Shown in pieces: positions 55,947 through 64,000 of a stretch of DNA of 64,000 nucleotides. The stretch is taken from the NCBI GenBank assembly GCA_017460745.1, contig JAFUAL010000029.1:3063-67062 (forward strand). The letters are read 5' to 3'. The first letter of the stretch is position 1. Each line of letters starts with the position of its first letter. The notes beneath the pieces were generated by a model that was given only the letters and a program-made list of their open reading frames with translations, did not search any database and was not told where the DNA came from. The translations under genes were made by a program, and so were the position numbers. This DNA is from Bacilli bacterium (GTDB lineage Bacteria; Bacillota_I; Bacilli_A; RF39; UBA660).

Positions 55947-56356
55947 CTTTGACGCATACCACCTGATAAATTATCAGGATATTTATAAATAAAATCTTTT
56001 AAACCATATTTTTCAAGAAGTTTTTTAACATTGTTGATGTTTTGATCAGTTAATTCATTATTAAGTTCTAAGCCAATTAAACAATTATCGAGAATTGTTC
56101 TCCATGGGAATAAGGAATCAGTTTGGAGCATATAGCCAATTTTAATATTATTATTCATTATGATATTTCCATTACTTTTATTAGTTAGTCCAGCCATAAT
56201 TGAAAGAAGAGTAGATTTACCACAACCACTTGGTCCAACAATTGATATGATTTCATGTTCTTTAACATCAAAGCTTATATTATCAATTGCAAGTGTTTCA
56301 TCGTATTTATCATGATATATTTTAGATAAATTTTTAATTTGTAAGATATTTTTCAT
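55947..56356 (-). pseudogene. 5' fragment of the split ABC-transporter ATPase gene
   Basis: GGAGG SD before the ATG at 56356. Walker A GPSGCGKST, Q-loop, signature LSGGMRQR. The frame then runs into element DNA (VVCML, stop at 55928). Confidence 0.85.
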
Positions 56357-56547
56357 AAAATATTCCTCCAACTAATGTAGTTTATGAAAAATAAAAAAAT
56401 GTTGTAAAGACAAATAACTGCATAGGATTAAGTTTTTATCTAAATAAAGAAGTAATGTATTTTAAATTTGTATCTTTTTATTATTAACATTAATTGATTC
56501 ACAATATAATATTGTAGATATTTTATAAATAATAATTAGGAGGTTTT

Positions 56548-57273
56548 ATGAATCAATTAATTTATTCGACAATTGATAAAAATAAAGAAAGATGTAATAA
56601 TGAATTTGATATAAATGATAATGTTAAAAATAAATGTCATGATATCAATTGTAATCCATGCTATAGAAATTGTTATATAATGGGTATAACAGGCCCCCAA
56701 GGAATACAAGGTGCAACAGGACCAACAGGCCCCCAAGGAATACGGGGTGAAATAGGTCCAACAGGCCCACAAGGAATACAAGGTGAAATAGGTCCAACAG
56801 GCCCACAAGGAATACAAGGTGCAACAGGACCAACTGGTCCAATGGGAGGAATAATTAATTATGCAGATTTTTATGCTTTAATGCCACCAGATAATGCTGC
56901 AACAGTTGCACCTGGAACAGATGTAAGTTTTCCGCAGGATGGGCCTAATAGTGGAGTAACTATAACTAGAACAGGAGCTAGTTCATTTAATTTATCAGAA
57001 ATAGGAACATATCAAATATATTTTAATGTCCCAGTTTCTGAGGCAGGTCAATTAGAATTAACTCTAAATGGAGCGCCTTTATCTTATACAGTTGTAGGTA
57101 GAGCAACGGGAACCAGTAATATTTCAGGTTTATTTCTTGTTGAAACCACAACAATTAATTCAATATTAACTGTTAGAAATCCTTCAGGAAATGCGGCTGC
57201 TTTAACTATAACTCCTTTAGCGGGTGGAACTAATTCTGTTTCTGCACATCTTGTCATAATTCAAATTGCATAA
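56548..57273 (+). CDS. collagen-like repeat protein with BclA-type C-terminal domain (exosporium glycoprotein-like)
   Basis: Cys-rich N-terminal ~45 aa, 18 GXY triplets, then a ~140-aa beta-rich C-terminal domain (..[11 protein letters not shown].., ..[10 protein letters not shown]) as in BclA-family proteins. Confidence 0.75.
   Translation: MNQLIYSTIDKNKERCNNEFDINDNVKNKCHDINCNPCYRNCYIMGITGPQGIQGATGPTGPQGIRGEIGPTGPQGIQGEIGPTGPQGIQGATGPTGPMGGIINYADFYALMPPDNAATVAPGTDVSFPQDGPNSGVTITRTGASSFNLSEIGTYQIYFNVPVSEAGQLELTLNGAPLSYTVVGRATGTSNISGLFLVETTTINSILTVRNPSGNAAALTITPLAGGTNSVSAHLVIIQIA
56683..56844 (+). repeat. GXY-coding tandem repeat (18 triplets; units [10 protein letters not shown](A/E)(T/I))
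   Basis: Near-identical 27-36-nt units, e.g. ggtccaacaggcccacaaggaatacaaggtgaaata repeated. Confidence 0.9.
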
Positions 57274-57276
57274 ATG

Positions 57277-57317
57277 TATAGAAAAAGAATATTAATCAAA
57301 GATATTCTTTTTCTATA
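57277..57317. terminator. long perfect hairpin terminator after the collagen-like gene
   Basis: TATAGAAAAAGAATAT 57277-57292 / ATATTCTTTTTCTATA 57302-57317. Confidence 0.6.
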
Positions 57318-57413
57318 CTAGGGTATTCACATGTAAATATTTTTGTAAATATATTGATTTTAAATAAATAATAGTTGTACTATATAGTGCGTTGAGTTAA
57401 GGAGAATTTAAAA

Positions 57414-57887
57414 ATGGAAAAAATAAATATGGAAATTATAATTTCATCATTATTGTTAAGTGGATTTGATAAAGTTGATTCTGTCTTATTTACTTTGGTC
57501 TTAGGAAAGATTGTTCTTGATAATGTAAACTCTCAAAAATTTAAGTATGAGGATGAAAAGAATTCAAAAGTGTACAATGACTATATTAATCATGATGGAG
57601 TAATTTTTAATTTAAAAGAGGGAATAACTTTAGATATGAATGTTAGTCCACTAGATAATCATGTATTTCCTCTAAGAAAAGCACTTCATACAAGTAAAGA
57701 GTTATTAGAATATTTTGCTGAACTAGATTTTAATGATATTGTATCAAGAAAGATTGAAAGCTTTGGAGGGTATGAAAATATATCTCCAGAAAAATTAGAT
57801 TATTTCTTTAGCAATAAGGAAAAAGAAATAATTGAAAATATAAATAGTTTAAAAATAAATAATCAAAAAAAATTGATTAAAAAATAA
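57414..57887 (+). CDS. hypothetical protein
   Basis: 157-aa ORF with an AAGGAG SD. Confidence 0.55.
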   Translation: MEKINMEIIISSLLLSGFDKVDSVLFTLVLGKIVLDNVNSQKFKYEDEKNSKVYNDYINHDGVIFNLKEGITLDMNVSPLDNHVFPLRKALHTSKELLEYFAELDFNDIVSRKIESFGGYENISPEKLDYFFSNKEKEIIENINSLKINNQKKLIKK

Positions 57888-57970
57888 AAAGTTAACAGTA
57901 AATATGTTAATTTTTTTTAAATATTTAGATAAATTACTGGTATAATTAATATTATTGAATAGGAGATAAT

Positions 57971-58612
57971 ATGAGTAAAATAAGTATTCCTAAATATAGT
58001 TTAGGAGAAGAATTAGTTAATTCTATTAGTCATGGTATTGGAGCACTTTTAAGTATTGTGGCTTTGGTATTCCTTGTTTTAAAAGCAAATACTGTAAATG
58101 GAATAGTAAGTGTATGTTTATATGCAGCATTTATGATTATTTTATATACTATTTCTTGCATTTATCATGCTTTAAGTCCTAGAGTAGTTGGTAAAAAAGT
58201 TTTAAGAGTAATTGATCATTGTAATGTTTTATTGATGGTAGCTGGAACTTATATGCCAATTTGTTTATCTTTATTATATGGAAGTATTGGTTGGATAACT
58301 TTTGCTATAGTTTGGATTATAACTATAATTGGAATAGTTTTAAACGGGGTTAATGTTGATAAATATAGTAAGATATCAGTTATATGTAATTTAATACTTG
58401 GATGGGGTGTTCTTGTATTAATTACACCAATAAGGTCTTTAGTTCATGATAATGGAATATTATATTTAATACTTGGTGGAGTATTTTATACAATAGGTTC
58501 AATTTTATATGGATTAGGTAAAAAAATAAAATATATGCATTCTGTATTTCATTTCTTTGTTTTGTTTGGAAGCATTTTTCAATTTATCTTTATTTATAAT
58601 TATTGTATTTGA
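57971..58612 (+). CDS. hemolysin III / PAQR family membrane protein
   Basis: Seven TM segments. ..NSISHGIGALLSI.., ..CIYHALS.., ..HSVFHFFVLFGS.. motifs. Confidence 0.85.
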   Translation: MSKISIPKYSLGEELVNSISHGIGALLSIVALVFLVLKANTVNGIVSVCLYAAFMIILYTISCIYHALSPRVVGKKVLRVIDHCNVLLMVAGTYMPICLSLLYGSIGWITFAIVWIITIIGIVLNGVNVDKYSKISVICNLILGWGVLVLITPIRSLVHDNGILYLILGGVFYTIGSILYGLGKKIKYMHSVFHFFVLFGSIFQFIFIYNYCI

Positions 58613-58669
58613 CATTTAATACTAGAATTTATTAATGAGAAATGATATGATTACATTGAGGAGAAAATA

Positions 58670-58888
58670 ATGAGTGATACTGAAAAAATATTAAAATTAA
58701 TTGAAGAATTAGATATCGAAGAATTAAAGTTATTAAAAGATAAGATAGATAAAAAATTACATAAAATCTATCAGTATATACCGTCAAATGATTCAGAGGT
58801 AATTGCAGGCTATGCAAGAAATTTTCACTACAGTGAAGAAAGACGTGAAGAAGTATTAAAGAAAATAAAAAGTTTAGGAGAGAAATAA
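58670..58888 (+). CDS. small hypothetical protein
   Basis: 72-aa helical ORF with a GAGGAG SD. Confidence 0.5.
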   Translation: MSDTEKILKLIEELDIEELKLLKDKIDKKLHKIYQYIPSNDSEVIAGYARNFHYSEERREEVLKKIKSLGEK

Positions 58889-58924
58889 AAAAATAAATTA
58901 AAACATATACTTAATTGGTGGTAT

Positions 58925-59617
58925 ATGTTTTTTAGTATTATTAATTTTATAAAAAATTTATTTTTCTTTACTGGTAGTTATTCAAATAATTTATTTTTAG
59001 AACCATTATCAAATGAAGAAGAGGAACATTATTTAGAATTACTTGAAAAAGGAGATGTTGATGCTCGCAATAAATTAATTGAACATAATTTAAGATTAGT
59101 TGCTCATATTGTAAAAAAATTTCATGATGATTCAAATATTCAAGATGATTTAATTAGTATAGGTACAATTGGACTTATTAAAGGAATAGATACTTATAAA
59201 AGAAATAGAAATATAAGACTTACTACATATTGTTCAAGATGTATTCAAAACGAAATTTTAATGTATTATAGAAGTAACAATAAATATAATAAAAATATTT
59301 CCATAAATGAAGGAATAGGATATGATAAAGATGGAAATGAAATAACAATTCTGGATATCTTAAAATCTGATTCACCAGATTATGCTCTTGATTTGTATGA
59401 GAAAGAAAATATAAATTTATTAACAGATTATTTTAAAGTATTAAAAGAACAAGAAAAAGAAATATTAACTTATAGATATGGACTTAATAACCAAGATGAA
59501 TTGACTCAAAAGGAAATAGCTAAAAAATTAAATATTTCTAGAAGTTATGTTTCTCGTATTGAAAAAAGAGCTTTAACTAAGTTATTAAAAGAATTTATCA
59601 TTAATAAAAAAGATTAA
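58925..59617 (+). CDS. sigK: sporulation sigma factor SigK (uninterrupted, with pro-sequence)
   Basis: LIEHNLRLVAHIVKKF, DLISIGTIGLIKGI, CIQNEILMYYR and ISRSYVSRIEKRAL match SigK blocks. An N-terminal hydrophobic pro-peptide is present. Confidence 0.85.
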   Translation: MFFSIINFIKNLFFFTGSYSNNLFLEPLSNEEEEHYLELLEKGDVDARNKLIEHNLRLVAHIVKKFHDDSNIQDDLISIGTIGLIKGIDTYKRNRNIRLTTYCSRCIQNEILMYYRSNNKYNKNISINEGIGYDKDGNEITILDILKSDSPDYALDLYEKENINLLTDYFKVLKEQEKEILTYRYGLNNQDELTQKEIAKKLNISRSYVSRIEKRALTKLLKEFIINKKD

Positions 59618-59708
59618 AAATTATGTTGTATATTTGTACCAAAAATATTTTTTCAAAAATTGTTAGTATTTCTTGACTGTAATTTATATTTCATTATATA
59701 ATCAAATC

Positions 59709-59848
59709 AGTTGAGATACTTATTGTATTTTTACTAGTTGAATTTATTCCGCAGACTTATGTTTTAATAAAACATATTTATAAGGGCGTACCTCTTGGTA
59801 ATGTATTTAAATACATTATTAGTTCGCAAAAAGAGGAACGCCCTTTTT
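59709..59848 (+). ncRNA. candidate ~140-nt sRNA or cis-leader (ends predicted)
   Basis: Promoter TTGACT 59673-59678, 18 nt, TATAAT 59697-59702. No ORF. Long composite terminator GGGCGTACCTCTT 59784-59796 / AAGAGGAACGCCC 59831-59843 plus T5, enclosing the palindrome TAATGTATTTAAATACATTA. Confidence 0.4.
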
Positions 59849-59874
59849 CTATTCTATTTATAGGGAGGTTATAA

Positions 59875-60795
59875 ATGAATGAATTTGAAGAACATATTTA
59901 TGGAAAAATAAAATATGAATTAATACAAAGTGTTATTGATAAAAAAGTTGATACTTATTTTGTGAGCAGAAATGAACTTAATCATTATTATAATGTTGGT
60001 AAGATGATAGTTGATGCACAAGGTGGAGAAGAAAGAGCTAAATATGGTGATGGACTTATTCGAAAATTTTCAAAAAGACTAACACAAGAATTAAATAAAG
60101 GATATAGTTATCGTTCATTAAACTTAATGAGAAAGTTTTATTTATTTCAAAAAGTGCATGCAGTGCATGCACAATTATCATGGATGCATTATAGAGAGTT
60201 ATTATCTCTTAGTGATGATAATGAAATTAATTATTATATTGATATATCTTTAAAGGAAAAACTAGGATATAGACAGTTACACAAAAAAATAAAAGATAGA
60301 GAGTATCAAAGGTTGGATAATAAAACGAAAAATAAACTAATTAATAAAGAAAAATTAGATGTTTATGATAATATTAAAAATCCTATTTACATCAATACTT
60401 ACGATAATAATTTAGATAAAGAAATAATATCAGAAAAAATATTAAAATTGTTTATATTAAGAGACATGGATAATTTTTTAAAACAATTAGGTGATGGATT
60501 TGCATATATGGCCAGTGAATATAAAATAATGGTAGGTAACAAACATAATTACATTGATATGCTACTCTTTAATGCTATCTATAATTGTTATGTAGTTGTT
60601 GAACTTAAAGTAACAGAATCAAAAAAAGACCACTTTGGGCAAGTTATGATTTATAAAAATTTTATTGATAAACATTTAAAAAATATTAATCAAGATAATA
60701 CTATTGGTATCATTGTTTGCAAAAAAGATGATAAATATTTAATAGAATATTCATCAGATGAAAGAATTAGAGTTACAACATATGAATTAATTTAA
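59875..60795 (+). CDS. PDDEXK nuclease-domain protein (DUF1016, YhcG family)
   Basis: C-terminal ..YIDMLLFNAIYNCYVVVELKV.. (D..ExK) and an N-terminal DUF1016-like helical region. GGGAGG SD. Confidence 0.7.
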   Translation: MNEFEEHIYGKIKYELIQSVIDKKVDTYFVSRNELNHYYNVGKMIVDAQGGEERAKYGDGLIRKFSKRLTQELNKGYSYRSLNLMRKFYLFQKVHAVHAQLSWMHYRELLSLSDDNEINYYIDISLKEKLGYRQLHKKIKDREYQRLDNKTKNKLINKEKLDVYDNIKNPIYINTYDNNLDKEIISEKILKLFILRDMDNFLKQLGDGFAYMASEYKIMVGNKHNYIDMLLFNAIYNCYVVVELKVTESKKDHFGQVMIYKNFIDKHLKNINQDNTIGIIVCKKDDKYLIEYSSDERIRVTTYELI

Positions 60796-60899
60796 TTTTA
60801 GAATTTATTGTAATGGATTATACTTATATGATTTAACTATTATATATTTTGTATCAAGTAATCTTTGACATTTTACTATTTTTATGGTAATATGTATTT

Positions 60900-61015
60900 G
60901 TCAAGGAAACTTGCATATAATAAAAAAGGAACACTTAATTCGCAATGTTGAGTGTTGCCATTATAAATTTAGCATATCACCTAACTAGCAAGTAAAGTTA
61001 GGTGATTTTGATTTT
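60900..61015 (+). ncRNA. candidate antitoxin sRNA, copy 3 (ends predicted)
   Basis: 5' hairpin GGAACACT 60928-60935 / AGTGTTGCC 60951-60959. Terminator ATCACCTAAC 60976-60985 / GTTAGGTGAT 60997-61006 followed by TTTGATTTT. Confidence 0.55.
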
Positions 61016-61039
61016 GTAAGGAGAATATTAAATTTTCAA

Positions 61040-61120
61040 TTATCTATATAATAATCCTATTAATAAAAGGATAATTACAATCAAAAAGAAAACTAGATAA
61101 TCTCTTTTAGAGATAATCAT
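61040..61120 (-). CDS. 26-aa hydrophobic toxin-like peptide MIISKRDYLVFFLIVIILLLIGLLYR
   Basis: ORF collinear with copy 2. The SD-like GGGTGGTG abuts the ATG and can pair with the upstream CCUCCAC. The codon aligned with the copy-2 ATG is ATC. Confidence 0.5.
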   Translation of the reverse strand: MIISKRDYLVFFLIVIILLLIGLLYR

Positions 61121-61363
61121 CACCACCCGTGGAGGCATCACCCAACTAATTAAGTGTTCACAAATATAGTATCATAAATGCAAATAATAATCAAACAAAT
61201 GTGTAGCATTTTTGTGAATTTGTTTTAAAAATTTTCTATCTTTCTTATTTTAATTATTTTACAGTTATATACTTTATAAGTAATGTTAAAAATAATTAAT
61301 AATCATAAAATTAAGTTGCGTATGCAGTGTCTCGTATGATATTATTAAGGGGAGGGATTTTTT

Positions 61364-62089
61364 ATGTTAATTACGAGTTTAGATAATAATAAAATAAAAA
61401 AATATATCAAATTAAAAGATAAAAAATATAGAGATATAGATAAGTTATTTTTAGTTGAAGGAGAACATTTAGTATTTGAAGCACTTAAGAGTAATCGGTT
61501 AGTAGATTTATTAGTAATAGAAGATTATGATTTTAAGATAGATTTTCCATATACATTTGTAACTCTCAATATTATGAAAAAATTAAGTAATATGGAATCA
61601 ACTCCGAAAGTAATTGGAGTAGTTAAGATGAATGATTCAAATTCTATTATAGGAAATCGAGTTGTAATGCTTGATGATGTAAGAGATCCAGGAAATTTAG
61701 GTACAATTATACGTAGTAGTGTTGCATTTAATGTAACAGATATTGTATTAAGTCGAGAAAGTGTCGATTTATATAATGAAAAAGTAATACGTGCAACTCA
61801 AGGTATGATTTTTAAAATAAATATTATAAGAAAAGATATTGTAGATATTATAAAAGAATTAAAAGAAAAAAATTATTTAATACTTGGTACAAATGTAAAA
61901 AATGGGACAGATGTATCATTTATAAATACTAATAAATATGCACTTATTATGGGAAATGAAGGAAGTGGAGTAAAACCTGAAATACTTAATATGTGTGATA
62001 AAAATATTTATATAGAAATGTCCCCAGAATGTGAATCTTTAAATGTAGGTGTTGCAACTAGTATTATATTGTATGAATTAAATAAATAA
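61364..62089 (+). CDS. TrmH/SpoU-family RNA 2'-O-methyltransferase (RlmB/YsgA-like)
   Basis: ..VRDPGNLGTIIRS.., ..ALIMGNEGSGV.., ..LNVGVATSIILYE.. SpoU motifs. Confidence 0.8.
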   Translation: MLITSLDNNKIKKYIKLKDKKYRDIDKLFLVEGEHLVFEALKSNRLVDLLVIEDYDFKIDFPYTFVTLNIMKKLSNMESTPKVIGVVKMNDSNSIIGNRVVMLDDVRDPGNLGTIIRSSVAFNVTDIVLSRESVDLYNEKVIRATQGMIFKINIIRKDIVDIIKELKEKNYLILGTNVKNGTDVSFINTNKYALIMGNEGSGVKPEILNMCDKNIYIEMSPECESLNVGVATSIILYELNK

Positions 62090-62099
62090 AGGAATTGTT

Positions 62100-62567
62100 A
62101 TGAAAATATTAATTGGAAATTACGTAACTACTCATGGAATAAAAGGTGAAATAAGAATAAAATCAAATTTTAAATATAAAGATAAAGTGTTTATGGTTGG
62201 AAATAAAATATACTTAGATAATCAAGAATTTATAATTAATTCATATCGAGTACATAAGGAATATGATATGGTAACTCTTGATGGAATAAATAATATAAAT
62301 GATATTTTACCTTTAAAGGGTAGTTTAGTTTATGTAGAAGAATCTGATTTAAACTTAAAAAGTGATGAATATTTAGATACAGATTTAATAGGATGTTTAG
62401 TTTATATAGAAGATGCTTTAAAAGGAGAAGTTACAGATATAGAATATTTAAATAAAAATAAAATGTTGTTAAAAGTAAATAATACTTTAGTACCTTTTGA
62501 ATTAGTTAAAAAAATAGATTTAGAAAAACGAGAAATTATTTTAGAGAAAGTAGATGGTTTATTATGA
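62100..62567 (+). CDS. rimM: 16S rRNA processing protein RimM
   Basis: ..THGIKGEIRIKS.. N-terminal barrel motif, size, and position directly upstream of trmD. Confidence 0.8.
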   Translation: MKILIGNYVTTHGIKGEIRIKSNFKYKDKVFMVGNKIYLDNQEFIINSYRVHKEYDMVTLDGINNINDILPLKGSLVYVEESDLNLKSDEYLDTDLIGCLVYIEDALKGEVTDIEYLNKNKMLLKVNNTLVPFELVKKIDLEKREIILEKVDGLL

Positions 62568-63238
62568 AGATAGATGTTTTAACACTTTTTCCTGATATGT
62601 TTGATGGAGTTTTAAATGAATCAATTATTAAAAGAGCAAGAGAAAAAGGTATTGTTGAAATTAATATTCATAATTTTAGAGATTATAGTTTAGATCCTCA
62701 TAAGAAAGTAGATGATACACCATATGGTGGTGGAGCTGGAATGGTACTTGCTTGTGAACCAATATTTTTGGCTATTGAAGATTTAAAAAGAGATGATAGT
62801 TTAGTTATCATGTTAACGCCATCTGGCAAAACTTATAATCAGAAATTGGCTATTGATTTATCTAAATATAAACATCTCATTCTTTTATGTGGTCATTATG
62901 AAGGCTTTGATGAAAGAATAAAATCAATATGTGATTTGTTTATAAGTGTTGGAGATTATGTATTAACAGGTGGTGAAATACCTAGTATGATTATAATTGA
63001 TAGTATTACAAGATTACTAGATGGAGCAATTACTAAGGATAGTTTAGAGTCTGAATCATTTAATGATAACTTACTAGATTACCCAACCTACACTAAACCA
63101 CGAAGTTTTAGAGGTATGGAAGTACCAGAGGTATTAATATCAGGAGACCATAAAAAAATTAGGGAGTGGAGACTTGCTGAACAAATAAAAAAAACAAGAA
63201 GTCTTAGACCAGATTTATTGGAGGATCGTGATGAATGA
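62564..63238 (+). CDS. trmD: tRNA (guanine37-N1)-methyltransferase
   Basis: MKIDVLTLFPDMF, ..DDTPYGGGAGMVL.., ..LLCGHYEGFDERI.., ..SVGDYVLTGGE.., ..SGDHKKIREWR.. motifs. Confidence 0.93.
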   Translation: MKIDVLTLFPDMFDGVLNESIIKRAREKGIVEINIHNFRDYSLDPHKKVDDTPYGGGAGMVLACEPIFLAIEDLKRDDSLVIMLTPSGKTYNQKLAIDLSKYKHLILLCGHYEGFDERIKSICDLFISVGDYVLTGGEIPSMIIIDSITRLLDGAITKDSLESESFNDNLLDYPTYTKPRSFRGMEVPEVLISGDHKKIREWRLAEQIKKTRSLRPDLLEDRDE

Positions 63239-63701
63239 TGTACGTTATTTAATTATTAAAGAAAAAAATAAAAAAGAAGTAATGTACTTTGAATATGATA
63301 AATTAAATGGTTTTAACATGACATCTAAAAATAAAAATATTAAATTAAAAGATGCTATAAATGTAAATAAGATGGTTATAATTAATCCTAGTTTTATTGA
63401 GAAATTAATTAATAAAAAAATTAATAGTAAAATTAAAAAATTAGTTGATTTGATTGGAACAATATATGAAAGTGATGATGACGATCCAGCTGGAAGTTTG
63501 ATGCAAGCCCTAAACGAAGTAGAAAAATTTAAAAGAGAAATGATTAACAAATATTTAAATTATATGACCAAAGAACAAATTAATTTATTAGAAAAGAAAA
63601 TAGGCATACTTGAAACAGAAGTCATGACACATGCCTATAAATTAAATGAACAAAGTAGCTATTACCAGGAAAGTTATGAAGAAAATCGAAAATCAAGATA
63701 A
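63228..63701 (+). CDS. hypothetical coiled-coil protein
   Basis: 157-aa ORF overlapping trmD by 11 nt. Confidence 0.5.
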   Translation: MMNDVRYLIIKEKNKKEVMYFEYDKLNGFNMTSKNKNIKLKDAINVNKMVIINPSFIEKLINKKINSKIKKLVDLIGTIYESDDDDPAGSLMQALNEVEKFKREMINKYLNYMTKEQINLLEKKIGILETEVMTHAYKLNEQSSYYQESYEENRKSR

Positions 63702-64000
63702 ATTAAAAAAAATAATAAGTACCATTTTATTAATAAGTTGGTGTTTATTAATTTTTTACTTTTCAAGTCAAATAGGAGAGAAATCAAATTTAAGTAGTAG
63801 TCATGTTATTGACTTTATTAATAAATTATTAAATGTTAATTTGTATAATTTTGAATATTCTGTGTTAATTGTTCGAAAACTTGCTCATATGTTTTTATAT
63901 TTTGTTTTAAATTTATTAAGTATTAATTTTTTTAAGAGTTATAAGTTAAATAATTACTATAAATATGCATTTTTATTTTGTTTAATATATGCAATAAGTG
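63676..64000 (+). CDS. VanZ-like membrane protein, 3'-truncated by window edge
   Basis: ATG at 63676. ..LLIFYFSSQIGEKSNLSS..IVRKLAHMFLYFVLNLL.. matches the VanZ-family pattern. The frame is open to the end of the window. Confidence 0.6.
   Translation, partial: MKKIENQDKLKKIISTILLISWCLLIFYFSSQIGEKSNLSSSHVIDFINKLLNVNLYNFEYSVLIVRKLAHMFLYFVLNLLSINFFKSYKLNNYYKYAFLFCLIYAIS

Larger units (their letters stand above)
60865..61194. other. type I toxin-antitoxin-like convergent module, copy 3
   Basis: Plus-strand promoter: TTGACA 60865-60870, 17 nt, TGgTAATAT (-10 at 60888-60893). Minus-strand promoter: TTGATT 61194-61189, 17 nt, TGaTACTAT (-10 at 61171-61166). Confidence 0.7.

Noticed and set aside
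56557-56842. Minus-strand ORFs 56557-56817 and 56645-56842 with repetitive LWACWTYFT / [12 protein letters not shown] sequence
   Set aside because: They are artefacts of reading the GXY collagen repeat on the opposite strand. The plus-strand frame has a strong SD and a folded C-terminal domain.
58632-58817. ORF 58632-58817 (-)
   Set aside because: It is antisense to the SD-led 72-aa plus-strand ORF, although that plus-strand ORF is itself only moderately supported.
58925-59617. skin-like intervening element in sigK
   Set aside because: The sigK reading frame is continuous across all conserved sigma regions (230 aa). The serine-recombinase element in this window interrupts the ABC ATPase gene instead.
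63245-63550. ORF 63245-63550 (-)
   Set aside because: It is antisense within the hypothetical gene downstream of trmD and reads as a hydrophobic shadow frame.
1-64000. CRISPR arrays, rRNA and tRNA genes, group II introns, reverse transcriptases
   Set aside because: No regularly spaced direct repeats, no GC-rich structured stretches of tRNA or rRNA type, and no RT motifs (YxDD) were seen in any intergenic region or ORF.

Overview
Very AT-rich chromosomal segment from a spore-forming, low-GC Bacillota (Firmicutes) organism. It uses the standard code (TGA is a stop) and has strong GGAGG-type ribosome-binding sites.

Core genes:
- Housekeeping: addA (cut at the 5' edge), pyrG, mntP, maf, argS, folD, a short Rel/SpoT homolog, gltX, a heterodimeric ABC exporter, a DD-carboxypeptidase, polC, a CDF transporter, a TrmH-family methyltransferase, rimM and trmD.
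- Sporulation and germination: a gerA-type operon (A, C and B subunits), yunB, an intact sigK and a BclA-like collagen-repeat exosporium gene.

Four accessory or unusual parts stand out:
1. Three paralogous ~330-bp intergenic modules (about 5235-5565, 43090-43416 and 60865-61194). Each has two convergent promoters with TG-extended -10 boxes. One drives a ~115-120-nt terminator-ended sRNA. The other drives a 24-26-codon hydrophobic peptide with an occludable SD. This is a type I toxin-antitoxin-like architecture, and I do not recognise the peptide family. Copy 1 is frameshifted.
2. An ~11.28-kb integrative mobilizable element (44667-55946) splits an ABC-transporter ATPase gene at a CT dinucleotide. 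It carries a large serine recombinase, a MobV relaxase with a putative oriT, a RepA-like ATPase, an Xre switch region with GTTGC/GCAAC repeats, and a cargo of paralogous membrane-tethered Xre/zinc-ribbon regulators with mini-proteins.
3. A four-gene operon (32196-35187) encodes proteins without signal peptides. They have WXG100/LXG-like helical N-terminal domains fused to SH3b cell-wall-binding domains and to a C39-like papain-fold peptidase. No type VII secretion core genes are in the window.
4. An orphan PilB/GspE-like ATPase sits next to a Cys-rich membrane protein and a 645-aa acidic protein with NYQxPE...STFEPN repeats.

No rRNA, tRNA or CRISPR array was seen. All RNA ends, promoters and functions are predictions from reading the sequence. 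No database search was run.
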